Below are positions 11,861 through 24,462 of a stretch of DNA of 64,000 nucleotides, in pieces. This DNA comes from Octopus sinensis (lineage: Eukaryota). How positions within the stretch are numbered: the stretch's first letter is position 1; each line of letters starts with the position of its first letter. The stretch is taken from the NCBI RefSeq assembly GCF_006345805.1, contig NC_043017.1, forward strand, positions 13,392,001-13,456,000. The letters run 5' to 3'. The notes beneath the pieces were generated by a model. The model had not been told where the DNA came from, did not search any database, and worked only from the letters and a program-made list of their open reading frames with translations. Made by a program: the position numbers and the translations under genes.

Positions 11861-12140
11861 TACACCAATTATATACATTTTTATTATTTTATTATTTTTT
11901 TGCAATTTACTTAATCATTGACATTTTATTGTTATTTTAATTTTAATATTTCTATTATATGTAATTTTCTTGATGGTGTAATTTAATTGTTCATTTTGAA
12001 TTGATAAAGGGTGGGGGTTTTTTTTCTAATTTTTTATATATATATTATATTGTGTGAAATTTGATTTAGTATTTCTGAATTGAATTTTTTTCCTTGTAAG
12101 TTTGGATTTTATTCCCTCAAATAGTAATAATAATAATAAT

Positions 12141-12189
<49 letters not shown>

Positions 12190-12254
12190 AGATAAGAAAA
12201 TGGAGAAATACATCTAAATCAAATATCAATTACCAGATAATACTCAATCACATA

Positions 12255-12460
12255 CTTTATTAAACCACCACATAAGAGACTGTAGGGTTAAACATAAAAA
12301 AGCAGAACAAATCAGTGTACATAAAGGAATGTACATAAAAAAGTGTACATAAAAGAGTAATGTTGTATAATAAGTAGAATATATATAAAAAAGAGAATAT
12401 AAATATAAGTAAATATAAATATAAGTATAGATTACATCTTACAGCTGTTTCGGCCATGTA
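12255..12460 (-). mobile_element. Possible Penelope-like fragment of another family (3' half of a hammerhead motif)
   Basis: Minus strand ggccGAAAcagctgTAaga with palindromic ACAGCTGT; no CTGANGA upstream. Confidence 0.4.
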
Positions 12461-12493
12461 GATAAGTATGTCTCATTTTACCAATATTAGCCT

Positions 12494-12532
<39 letters not shown>

Positions 12533-12687
12533 GCACGATCTTTTGTCTTCCCATTTTTACAAATTCATATACCAAATCTAAATTTCTGGAACAAAAAATA
12601 ACATTTTAAAACTAAAACAGGCTGAAACAATTCAACATCATTAAATCAGTCAATGAATAAATATTTTGACTTTTTTTTGTCTTTTAG

Positions 12688-12754
12688 GAAATGTTTGGTT
12701 GCTGGTTTTTTTATGAATGCTGCTGAACTTGAGAAAGATGGCAGCTATATTACG
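12688..12754 (+). CDS. DHX33: DHX33-like exon (KCLVAGFFMNAAELEKDGSYIT)
   Basis: cttttag acceptor, gtaagg donor; 67 nt, phase 2-0; matches RCLAHSLFMSTAELQPDGTY. Confidence 0.9.
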
Positions 12755-12929
12755 GTAAGGCTAATATCTTTGGTCCCTTGTGTCGTTGTTTAGCTACAGG
12801 TCAGTCCTGGTCAAGCAGCCCTATATATAATCAGTGCTCCTCTATGTATGACTACCTCATCTTCTTAAAAGAATCTAGGCTTACATTATCCAATGCATTC
12901 CTTCAACTTCTGAGACAACAAGGTTTAAA

Positions 12930-13149
12930 CCCTTTAGCATTTAACCGGCCATATCCGGCCAAAAGTATTCTGCCTGTTTTATGTTCAAACTGGCCAGATC
13001 TGGTCTCTCAGACCAACCCTACAATATCATTTTAAAAATTAACAGCTACCTCATCAAAATCTCATAGCTACAAGATAATGCATGATTAGTTCAAAACAAT
13101 GTGGATAAAAAAGCATTAATTTTGGCAGAATAATGCAAACACTAAAGGG
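12930..13149. mobile_element. piggyBac-type MITE P2 (reverse orientation)
   Basis: Reverse complement of 4545-4775; cactaaagggTTAA end. Confidence 0.78.
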
Positions 13150-13754
13150 TTAATAATGGATAATTGGCTGCCATTGCAAGCATGTTGAACAACCAGCATA
13201 GAGATATGATCAAAAGCCTTCCATGCATGACCAAGTCATCTTTTTCTCAGGGAAAAGTCTGATGTTATCTTTGAGTATATTCTTTTCTAAGAAGGGTATA
13301 GTTTGAGAAGAGAATTCAGATTTGCTGCTTGATAACATGAAACTGGTATTGATTTTTCAACTGTATTAAAAAATTTTTCAGAAAATCAACGTGGAAAGAA
13401 ATTTCCAAAACTTTGCAGAGCTCTGATATTTGGTCAAATAAGATCAGACACTAAGTCAATTGTTTACATGGTGAAATCATGTGAAGGTTATCTAGTGCAG
13501 TTTTGGGAGGGTTGATAACAAAAGGGTTTATACCTTGTGGTTCTGTGATTGATATGTCTTTGGTTGCCTTGGAACTTGTAACATAAGATCAGATCAGATC
13601 TTATGATGGAGGAAGAAGCACAGATATGACTGGATGTTCAATGCTTTTTTTAGTTTGAAAATTTAAAGAAAATTATGAAGGAATTTATAAATATCTTCTG
13701 AATTGCAGTGTTTTTTACTGGAAATGTTTTTTAAAACAACGCATTGTGTTTCAG

Positions 13755-13864
13755 TTGTCAACAAGAAAAGTGTGTGCCATCCATCCGTCATCATCACTGT
13801 TCAATTGTAAACCATCATACGTGATATATAGAGAACTGGTGCAGACTACAAAGTGTTACATGAG
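13755..13864 (+). CDS. DHX33: DHX33-like exon, C-terminal OB-fold region (LSTRKVCAIHPSSSLFNCKPSYVIYRELVQTTKCYMR)
   Basis: tttcag acceptor, gtaagt donor; 110 nt, phase 0-2; IHPSS.LF and Y.EL..T.K.YMR motifs of DEAH helicases. Confidence 0.92.
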
Positions 13865-14085
13865 GTAAGTTACTTATTTTTTTTTTATAACTAAATGGTA
13901 TAGGTTAAAATCTAAAGCAGTTGGCTTTGTTAACACCAAGTCAATCCTGATTAACTAGACCTATCATCAAATGCATTCTAACCATGGTTATTACTAGCAT
14001 GGTTGAGTGACCACATTGAATAGCTTGGTGGCACATGCAGAAATACATAATAATAAAGAGGGAGAGCAAAAGATGTGGAGACACT

Positions 14086-14385
14086 CATCATCATCGTTTA
14101 ACGTCCATTCTCCATGCTAGCATGGGTTGGACGGTTCGACCGGGGATCTGGGAAGCCAGAAGGCTGCACCAGGCTCCGGTCTTATCTGGCAATGTTTCTA
14201 CAGCTGGATGCCCTTCCTAACGCCAACCACTCCGTGAGTGTAGTGGGTGCTTTTTACGTGCCACCTGCACTGGTGCCAGGCGAGGCTGGCATCGGCCACG
14301 GTCGGATTAGTGCATTTTACGTGCGACCTGCACGGAAGCCAGTCGAGGCGGCACTGGCTTCGGCCACGATTCGGATGGTGCTTGC
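14086..14385 (-). mobile_element. Retroposon family D
   Basis: Reverse complement of family D. Confidence 0.8.
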
Positions 14386-14554
14386 AATATATTAATTGAA
14401 CACGACTGACATAAACACTTTCCTTCTCGTTGTATGAATAAAGAGAAAACGCTCGTATTGAACTTGGTTCTGGTATTGGAATTTTGAACCTAACCCTTTA
14501 TTTGAGCCATGGAGGTACACTGTTCTCATTTCTTTCTTTGCATTTTTTTTTTCT

Positions 14555-14961
14555 TCTTTTACTTGTTTCAGTCATTTGACTGCGGCCATGCTGGAGCACC
14601 ACCTTTAGTCGAGCAAATCGACCCCGGGACTTATTCTTTGTAAGCCCAGTACTTATTCTATCGGTCTCTTTTTGCCGAACCGCTAAGTGACGGGGACGTA
14701 AACACACCAGCATCGATTGTCAAGCAATGCTAGGGGGACAAACACAGACACACATACACACACACGTACATTTATATATATATATATATACATATATACG
14801 ACAGGCTTCTTTCAGTTTCCGTCTACCAAATCCACTCACAAGGCATTGGTCGGCCCGGGGCTATAGCAGAAGATACTTGCCCAAGATGCCACGCAGTGGG
14901 ACTGAACCCGGAACCATGTGGTTGGTTAGCAAGCTACTTACCACACAGCCACTCCTGCGCC
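14555..14961 (-). mobile_element. SINE B
   Basis: Full-length, high identity to copies at 15778, 26780 and 30333. Confidence 0.88.
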
Positions 14962-15777
14962 TATTGTTTTCAGTTTTTATTTTTTTTTGTGAATTACTTT
15001 AGTCATGTAGAGGTTATTCTGAGTTCAATCCCTGGTAAAGCACGAAAATAATTCAAAAAACAGATCAACTGAAGTAAGAAAGAAAAAAAAAAGGTCTCCA
15101 GATACAGATACCTGAAGATGGCTGGAGCATACAACAGCCAAAACGTAATGAGATCAACAATCAAGATGAGGATACCTGTCCAACTGATATAAACAGTATA
15201 CATAAATTCCTCATCTTACAAATGCGGAATTGTAAAAATCATTTGTCAGAAATAATTATTATTAAAAATTAGAAAAAGGTGGGGAGCTGGCAGAGTTGTT
15301 AGAGCGTTGGCAAAAATGTCTCATGATATTTTTTCTGATCCATGGTGTTCTCAGTTCAAATACTACTGAGGTCAACTGCCTTTTCATTATTTGGGGTGGA
15401 TAAATTAAGTACCAGTTGAGCACTGGAACCAATGTAATTTACTATAAATCTCTCCCTCTATCATTGCCAGCCTTGTGTCAAAATATTCCATTAAACTGAT
15501 TCCAGTATTTGACTTGAGTACATTTTATTTTATTGACTTCCCAGGAAAAAGAAGATATAGACAAAATTGATCCTAGTGGGATTTGAACTCATAACATAAA
15601 GCAATATTTCAAGACATTTTGACTGAAGCTATACTGATTCTGATAGTTTTAATCTTCAAATAATATAAACTACTCTTTATCATAAAAAAAAAAGAGCAAA
15701 AAAAAAAATAAAGCAACTCTGAAATCTAGAAACTTTTATGATGTCTGTGTTTTTTGGTGAAATGTTAGATATCTAAC

Positions 15778-16170
15778 AGGCGCAGGAGTGGCTGTGTGGT
15801 AAGTAGCTTGCTAACCAACCACATGCTTCAGGGTTCAGTCCCACTGCGTGGCATCTTGGGCAAGTGTCTTTTGCTATAGCCCCGGGCCGACCAATGCCAT
15901 GTGAGTGGATTTGGTAGACGGAAACTGAAAGAAGCCTGTCGTATATATGTATGTATATATGTATGTGTGTGTGTTTGTGTTTGTCCCCCTAGCATTGCTT
16001 GACAACCGATGGTAGTGTGTTTACGTCCCTGTCACTTAGCGGTTCGGCAAAAAGAGACCGATAGAATAAGTACTGGGCTTACAAAGAATAAGTCCCGGGG
16101 TCGATTTGCTCGACTAAATGCGGTGCTCCAGCATGGCCGCAGTCAAATGACTGAAACACGTAAAAGAAAA
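15778..16170 (+). mobile_element. SINE B (inverted relative to the 14555-14961 copy)
   Basis: Full-length match. Confidence 0.88.
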
Positions 16171-16854
16171 AAGAAAGAAAAAAATCTAATGAAATTTGTA
16201 AGGGCACACATTTTAAGAAGGATGTTGCAGATTACATTGAAACCAGTATTTAATGAGAATTTTTAAGCCTGCAATGATGAAAGCTAGATCTGACTCCAAA
16301 GGGATTTGAACACAAAATGTTAAGGGCCTTAATGAAATGCCGTATGTAATATCTGGTATGCTGATGCTTCTGCCAGCATAACAGTATTTGAAGCAGTTTT
16401 AGCTTACCTAACTTAGCTCTGTCTTCTGTTAATGTTTGTAGAACAGAGAGAAAATAATGGTAAACAGCATTCTTAGCTATTACAGCAGAGAATTCTATAG
16501 TCTTCATTTCTGAGAATTCTGTTCTCTGTTTGAAATAATCATCTTAACCATTTTTTAATGTTTTGTTCTAAATAACATAACATATTTTGACATGTATGTA
16601 ATAGCTTTCATATTTATGATATAAACATATGATTGCTTACATATTTATGATACCAACACATTACTTTCACCGTTATATTTGGTTCTTGTATATTTCCCTT
16701 AGTTTTGTTGAACCCCAACAGCTCATAAATAAGGTTATGTAATTTTACCTATGAGCTATGGTGGTTCAGCAATACTAAGGGAAAGATACTGGGAATGAAT
16801 GACACTGCTTATATGACAGGGACAATTGTTTACCGCTATCCTGCTGTGGCTATA

Positions 16855-17015
16855 GATGCAGAAGTGGCTGTGCAGTAAGAAGCTTGCTTCCCAACCACAT
16901 GATTCCAGGTTCAGTCCCACTGCGTGGCACCTTGGGCAAGTGTCTTCTAATATAGCCTCGTGCCGACCAAAGCCTTGTGAGTGGATTTGGTAGACAAAAA
17001 CTGAAAGAAGCCCGT

Positions 17016-17049
<34 letters not shown>

Positions 17050-17470
17050 AGCATTTGTTATTTGTTATATATATATATATATATGCATTTGTTATTTGTG
17101 TCTGTGTTTGTCCCTCCACCATTACTTGACAACTCATGTTGATGTGTTTACCTCCCCGTCAACTAGCGGTTCAGCAAAAAGTGACCGATAGAATAAGTAT
17201 TACGCTTACATAAAATAAGTCCTGGGTTTGATTTGTTCAACTAAAGGCAGTGCTCTAGCATGGCCACAGTCAAATGACTGAAACAAGTAAAAGAATAACA
17301 CACACACACACACACACAATGGTGGGCTTCTTTCAGTTTCCATTTACCAAATTCACTCACAAGGCTTTGGTCAACCCGAGGCTAAAGTAGAAAACACTTG
17401 CCCAAGGTGCCATGCAGTGTGACTGAACCCAGAACCATGTGGTTGGTAAGCACACAGACACTCCTATGCC
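16855..17470. mobile_element. SINE B (+, 16855-17297) abutting an inverted partial SINE B (17320-17470)
   Basis: Family B sequence in both orientations. Confidence 0.75.
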
Positions 17471-17551
17471 TATAATTTCTGTAGGAAATCATAACACATG
17501 ATTTAAGTGCATTGCTAACACAGTAGTTCACAGTATTGACTTATAAAAACA

Positions 17552-18052
17552 CTAGCAGTAGCGCCCGGCGTTGCTCGGGTTTGTAAGGGAAATAACTATA
17601 TAAGCATTTTTAGAGAGTTATAGCCAAAAAATAGCAAAAAAATATGCATTAAAAATGGAAAAAAAATTATGGTAAATTTTTTTTAAAATCGTTGACTCAT
17701 CGTAGACATTTTTAGAAAGTTACTTCCCTTATATAATAGCGAAAAAATGCATTAAAATGGAAAAAAACGATGGTAAATTTTTTTTTAAATCGTTGACTCA
17801 TCGTAGACATTTTTAGAGAGTTACTTCCCTTATATAATAGCGAAAAAATGCATTAAAATGGAAAAAAATAATGGTAAATTTTTTTTTAAATCGTAGACTC
17901 ATCGTAGACGCGCGCTAATACCCAGAAGGGCTCGATATGAATCACGACTATAAGATACCCGGTTTTGGTTAAACTGCACCGGAAAATGTGGGAGTAGTTA
18001 GGAATCTAAATCGTAGGAGACAGACACACAACCTGACTTTTATATATAAAGA
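17552..18052 (-). mobile_element. Non-autonomous Helitron with internal tandem repeat (about 98 bp x3)
   Basis: Minus strand reads A|TC...CTAG|T, no TSD, subterminal GC hairpin cccgagcaacgccggg about 10 nt before CTAG. Confidence 0.85.
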
Positions 18053-18691
18053 TTTAATATACTTTGTAGCATATTACGGTCGCATAACAAAATACTGTGT
18101 GCCTACAAGTCACCAAAACCTTGTGGCTGGGAAGCAAGAACACACTAGAATATTAAAATGTTATTGTTTTCATTGGGACTCCTTTTGGCCATCCTGTCTC
18201 CTTTCTATATTATTCTATCCCACCCCATTCTTCTCCCTAACTGCTCAGTCTGTCAGCATTGCTATATATGGAACCCAAATTTCAAACAGCCTTGAAAGAG
18301 TTTTGGCAAAACAAACCCCACTTGCCTGCAAACACACATGTATACACACCCTTTTCTCATTCTTGCTTCCCCTTCTTTTTCTCTCCCCCCCTCCCATCTT
18401 GCTTCCTGTCTCTTATTGTTTCCACTCATCTTCTTTCTGTTCTCTTCCCTCCTGTCCCCTCTCTCTTCCCTCCTGTCCCCTCTCTATTCCCTCCTGTCCC
18501 CTCTCTCTTTCTCTGGTCTCAATGCACCTTGCTTGTAATTTTTCAGTGGGATATGGTAAGAGATATGCTAATGATAAGCAGTAGCAGGATGTGTTCTATA
18601 TTTTTGCAGGGTTGGGTTGGGTTGGGGAAGGGGTGCTAGAGGGGTCTCTTTCTTTCAGGGAGTGTTTTAAGGGTGTGATGCTATTAGTTTT

Positions 18692-19076
18692 TGGAAGCAC
18701 TCCGTCGGTTACGACGACGAGGGTTCCGGTTGATCCGAATCAACGGAACAGCCTGCTCGTGAAATTAATGTGTAAGTGGCTGAGCACTCCACAGACACGT
18801 GTACCCTTAACGTAGTTCTCGGGGATATTCAGCGTGACACAGAGAGTGACAAGGCCCGCCCTTTGAAATACAGGTACAACAGAAACAGGAAGTAAGAGTG
18901 AGAGAAAGTTGTGGTGAAAGAGTACAGCAGGGATCACCACCATCCCCTGCCGGAGCCTCGTGGAGCTTTAGGTGTTTTCGCTCAATAAACACTCACAACA
19001 CCCGGTCTGGGAATCGAAACCGTGATCCTACGATCGCGAGTCCGCTGCCCTAACCACTGGGCCATTGCGCCTCCAC
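18692..19076 (-). mobile_element. SINE C (long-tail variant)
   Basis: Reverse complement nearly identical to 28509-28894. Confidence 0.88.
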
Positions 19077-19769
19077 TGATGATATTAAGACAGAACTATA
19101 GCAGGCAAGAGGATTCTATAGGTTGTGAGGTGACATGGTGATTTATATATATAGTACATATTTAGAGGTGGTGGGGGGTGGTATTGGCTTTGTTGTTGTT
19201 GTTTGAATTAGGTGTTATTGGTGCTGCTGTTGCTCTTTAACCCCTGGTCAGCTCTGATCAAAAGCATTCCAGCCATGACCATCCTGCTTTAGGAATACTA
19301 CAGGATTGCATTATCCAGTGGTATCCTCATTTTTAAGATGGAAGGATGTAATATGAGTGAGATTTTGCTGCTATTTCTTGCAGTTTAGTCAACAATGTGG
19401 AGGTTCTTTTGTTGTCTTGTTGGTGAGTGTGGTTGTGGTGGTTATGATGATGGTAGTAGCTGATGTTGTATCTGGTCAGTTTGGCTGCCAGCATCTATTC
19501 TGTTAGAATTGATTTCATATTCAGTGTATAGGCTAATGAATGATATGAAAATCATTTTTTCTATAAATAAAGATTTATTAGCAATTAAAGTTTGAAAATT
19601 TGGGGTAATTTTAGCCAGTTGTAAGCCACAGACACATTTGTGTCTGTTTCCATAGTAACAAGTGGAACATGAGAACTCTTTTGTCTGTGAAGAAGCACAT
19701 GTTGACAAATATATTGAATGTGCAGTCATGCACAAAATGACTCTTCCAAATCCTGTTTCCTGACTTTAA

Positions 19770-19992
19770 CCCTTTAGTGTTCAGATTACTCTGTTAAATG
19801 TAATGCTTTTTTTAATTTAAATTGTTTTGAATTAATCATGCATTACCTTATAGCTTTGAGGTTTCAATGATGTGATTGTTTATTTTTAGACTGTCAATGT
19901 AGGTTTGGTGTGAGAGGCTAGATATGGCCAGTTTGAATATAAAATATGTAGAGTATATTGGGCCGGATTTGGCCAGTTTAAACACTAAAGGG
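19770..19992. mobile_element. piggyBac-type MITE P2
   Basis: TTAA-ccctttagtgtt ... aacactaaaggg-TTAA. Confidence 0.83.
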
Positions 19993-21107
19993 TTAAACCC
20001 CTATAACTTTTTAAAAACATTTTTCTGGAAAGAGTGAAGTAACTCCGGCAATTCAGCTTGGAAAAGTATATTAATGTGCCAAATTTTCAAATTTTCGATA
20101 AACTTTAATTTTTGAAAACCATCCAACCCATTCAAGCATGGAATACAGATGTTAAATGATGATGATGTCATATCACATTCTGAGTTAAAAAGCTCAATGG
20201 GCCAAAGGGTGGTGGCAGGTCATGTCAACTTTACTTTTCTTTCTTTTGTGGAGTTGGTAATATCAAATATCAGTGAGGGAATTGGTTTCTTATATTCACA
20301 TAAAGTTATGTCACAAAGTAATTCTTTTATTCTTTTACATGTTTCAGTCATTTGACTGGGCCATGTTAGAGCACTGCCCCAAAAGGTTTTAGTCAAAGAA
20401 ATAAAGCCCAGGACTTATTCTTTGTAAGCCTAGTACTTATTTTATCGGTCTCCCTTGCTGAACTGCTAAGTTACAGGGATGTAAACGCACCAACATTGGT
20501 TTGTCAGCAGTGATGGAGGGGGGACACACAAACACAGACACAAAGATGCACACATAAATATACATACATATGTGTGTGTACAACAGGCTTCATTCAGTTT
20601 CTGTCTACCAAATCCACTCACAAGGCTTTGGTCTGACCAAGGCTATAATATGTTTCTTTATTAGCCACACAGGGCTGCACAAAGACGGGACAAATTACAA
20701 GGGAGAGCTTTTCTTTGGGAGATAAAAAAAGGGGGTTTTGGTTTTTGATCAAAAGGGATCGTAAAAAGAAAGGAAGAGGAAAGCAACCCCCCCCCCCAAA
20801 TAAAAGACACTTACCCAAGGTGCCACTCAGTGGGACTGAACCCGGAACCATGTGGTTGGGAAGCAAGCTCCTTACCACATAGCCATGTATTTGTATTACT
20901 CATGCTCATTATCGAAATCTCAAAGCTACAAGGTATCATCATCATCATCATCATCATTTAACTTGAGTTTGTATTCAAAACCTTTACAACTTCCTCAACA
21001 GGATTTCAATAGTACTCTAACCATTTAGCTGTACCCTTTCAGATTGTTATTAATTTTTAATTAAACTTGGTTAATTTTCCTTTTTGTTATGTTTCTCTTT
21101 CTGACAG

Positions 21108-21174
21108 AGATGTCTGTGTGGTCGATCCCGATTGGCTTTACGATGCTGCACCGAATTATTTCAAGAAAAAGTAA
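21108..21174 (+). CDS. DHX33: DHX33-like terminal coding exon (DVCVVDPDWLYDAAPNYFKKK*)
   Basis: ctgacag acceptor after pyrimidine tract; AG+A completes Arg; TAA at 21172-21174; matches DLCVIDAQWLYEAAPEYF. Confidence 0.92.
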
Positions 21175-21198
21175 TTTCCATTTTTGCTGCTGAACACA

Positions 21199-21440
21199 TC
21201 TGCTCATTATAGGACATCTGTTATAGGACATATCTGCTCATTATAGGACATCTGTTGTAGGACATATCTGCTCACTATAAGGCATCTATTGAATAACATG
21301 TGATAGGACACTTGTTGCATATGACACCTGCTCACTATAGAACATCTGCTGTAGAACTTCTGGGTAATATATGCAGTAGGACATCTGCAGTATCAAAATC
21401 TGCTGTGTGACTTCTGCTCACTTTAGGACATCTTCTGTGT
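21199..21440 (+). repeat. Degenerate short tandem repeat (ctgctcattataggacatctg-like) in the proximal DHX33 3'UTR
   Basis: taggaca recurs about 7 times. Confidence 0.75.
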
Positions 21441-21488
21441 GACATTTACTATAACACACATTCCATATACTGCTATCTACTACATCAC

Positions 21489-21730
21489 TTATTACATAAG
21501 GCGGCGAGCTGGCAGAAACGTTAGCAAGCCAGGCGAAATGCTTAGCGGTATTTCGTCTGCCGTTACGTTCTGAGTTCAAATTCCGTCAAGGTCGACTTTG
21601 CCTTTCATCCTTTCGGGGTCGATAAATTAAGTACCAGTTACGCACTGGGGTCGATATAATCGACTTTATCCGTTTGTCTGTCCTTGTTTGTCCTCTCTGT
21701 GTTTAGCCCCTTGTGGGTAGTAAAGAAATA
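21489..21730 (+). mobile_element. SINE A inserted in the DHX33 3'UTR
   Basis: 17-bp TSD gctatctactacatcac at 21472-21488 and 21731-21747. Confidence 0.9.
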
Positions 21731-21854
21731 GCTATCTACTACATCACATCTGTTATACACAGAGTAATATGCCTACGTACTGCAGTCCACCTATCATAAC
21801 ACAATCACCGTAACAGAAGGCAGGGAAATGGGAACGAATCCATTAAAATCTGTA

Positions 21855-21860
21855 AATAAA
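21855..21860 (+). promoter_or_regulatory. Probable DHX33 polyadenylation signal AATAAA
   Basis: AATAAA about 680 nt after the stop, followed by a GT/T-rich tract (gtgtctgttacttttctcttttttt). Confidence 0.55.
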
Positions 21861-23149
21861 ACCATTTTATATATTAGTGTCTGTTACTTTTTCTCTTTTT
21901 TTCTTGTTTCAGTCATTGAACTGCAGCCATACTGGGGCACCTCCTTGGAAAATTTTTTTAGTTGAATGGATCGACCCTAGTATTTTTTAATTTTTTAAAC
22001 CAGGTACTTATTCTATTGGTCTCTTTTGCCAAACTGCTGAGTTACAGGATGTAAACACACCAACACTGGTTGTCAAACTGTGGTGGAGGACAAACACAAA
22101 GACACACAAGCACATAGATATAATTATATGTACAACAAGCTTCTTTCAGTTTCTGTCTACCAAATCCACTCAAAAAGCTATAATAGAAGACACTTGCCCA
22201 AGATGTCATGCAGTAGGACTGAACCCAGAACCATGTGGTTGTGAAGCAAGCTTTTAAACGGGCTTCTTTCAGTTTCCGTCTACCAAATCTACTTACAAGG
22301 CTTTGGTCAGCCCGAGGCTATAGTAGAAGACACTTGCCCAAGGTGTCATGCAGTAGGAGTGAAACCGGAACCATGTGGTTTGTAAGCAAGCTGCTTACCA
22401 CACAGCCACTCCTATGCCTATTGCTTTATCCAATAATTTTAAAGAATTTTTTGAATCATCAGTAAATCTTTCTGGGACACCCAGTTCCTGTTTTGTCTTG
22501 ATATAAAAGAGGGACTATAGTGAATATTCTGCTCAATACCAAAGATTTACTTTATCAGTTGCTTGATCTTAACCAGTTGAGCTTGTCCCTTAGCAGCTGA
22601 TGATATGTACATCTCTGATTACAAGCAGAAGTAATTGGGGAGCATCATCATAACCATGTGTTGAGAGGAATTCTTTGGGATTTGAATAATTCATCTTTGG
22701 AAACGAGTGCTTTGTTCATCATCGTTAAACTTTATTCAGGAACCTTTTGAGCAGACTGGGCTACTGTGCCTGAAGAAAATTCTAACTGGGCCCCACCTGC
22801 AAGGTCATGTGCTGTTCATCTTAATAGATCACCATGTCATGTACATATGGTTGTGATACATATGCCTGGTGTACCCTGATCAGATGGGTGGTCATGATGG
22901 TTATATTGGGCTTCGTATATTTGTACCCCAGTGTTACTTCAATGGCATGCATTGCTCTCAATAATAATGATAATAATACATTGAAATCTCTCAGAATTTG
23001 CTAGTGACTATCTTTTAAACAGCTGCTGGGAAACTGTCAGTGACAAGACCACATAGGTGTGACATATTTTGATCCCTCATGAAATGAATATTGAATATAA
23101 TAGACTTTTGTGTGTTTTGAGATGGCTGAAATGGTTGTTCCATGATGTT

Positions 23150-23487
23150 GAGACCCCCTTCGGTCATGACTGACCATGGAATTGCACCTAGAAAGTTACC
23201 CTCCCAGGTACAAGTCCAGGCAAGGTTGTTTATGGAAGACCAGCAGTTGCCCATGCATCCCAGCCTCCCCTCTCCACGCCACCAGTGTTATCCAAGGGAA
23301 AGGCAAAGGGGCCGATACAGCTTGGCACCTGTGACGTCGCAACTCATTTCTACAGCTGAGTGAACTGGAGCAACGTGAAATAAAGTGTCTTGCTCAAGAA
23401 CACAATACGCAGTCCGGTCCGGGATTCGAACTCACAACCTCACGATCGTAAGCTCAATGCTCTAACCACTGAGCCATGTGCCTTCAC
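23150..23487 (-). mobile_element. SINE family E (tRNA head plus CORE-like domain)
   Basis: Head gaaggcacatggctcagtggttagagc...gagttcgaatccc; homologous to 58060-58393. Confidence 0.82.
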
Positions 23488-23916
23488 TTGCATGATATAA
23501 TTGTATATTTAAAAGATTATTGAATATTTAAGTGTTCCCTGACAACTATTGCTTGATGAATCAAGTCAAGGCAGTTGGATATGGGCAAATCGCTGAGTTT
23601 AATAAATAATCAAAATAGTTAAAATTTTTTAAACTCAACCACATGGCAAAGAAAGAATAATTCTGTGGAGGCAAACTCCGCTTCATCATTTAATGTTTGT
23701 TTTCAATGTTGGCATTGGTTACATCATTTGACAGGATTTGATATGCCAGAGGATCGCATCAGTCTCCAGCTTCTACTTTGGTATGATTGCTATCACTAGA
23801 TGCCCTTACTAACACCAGCTCTTTACAGGGTGCAATGGGTACTTTTTTGATGGCACCAGCAGTAGTGATGATTGTCTTGTAGCTTGCAAGGCTAAGGCCC
23901 TAAAGTGACCCCCTAT

Positions 23917-24315
23917 CATCATCCTTTAATGTCCGCTTTCCATGCTAGCATGGGTTGGACGATTTGACTGAGGACTGGCGAACCAGATGGCTGCACCAGG
24001 TTCCAATTCGATCTGGCAGAGTTTCTACAGCTGGATGCCCTTCCTAACGCCAACCACTCCGAGAGTGTAGTGGGTGCATGAGGGCCAGTCTGGTGGCACT
24101 GGCAACGACCTCGCTCGAAATGGTGTTTTTTACGTGCCACCTGCACAGGAGTCAGTCCAGCGGCACTGGCAACGACCTCGCTCGAAATGGTGTTTTTTAC
24201 GTGCCACCTGCACAGGAGTCAGTCCAGCGGCACTGGCAACGACCTCGCTCGAATGTTTTGTTCACGTGCCAGTAAGGCGACGCTGGTAACGATCACGCTC
24301 AAATGGTGCTTTTTA
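23917..24315 (-). mobile_element. Retroposon family D with tandem 67-bp cassettes
   Basis: Family D tail plus repeated cassette. Confidence 0.8.
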
Positions 24316-24462
24316 CAGGGAGAAAGATAGTGGGCATCTTCTCTGACATGCTAATGCTTCTACCATTTTCCTGCCCAAGATTGATTCTTTATCAGCCTGA
24401 GAAGGATGATGAACACAGTTGACCTCAGTGGAGCTTAATGCTGGAACAAAGAATGGTAAGTA

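Noticed and set aside
16262-16365. C/D-box snoRNA candidate (ATGATGA...CTGA) in a DHX33 intron
   Set aside because: The terminal stem does not fit K-turn geometry, and the stretch aligns with a decayed reverse SINE A-like copy.
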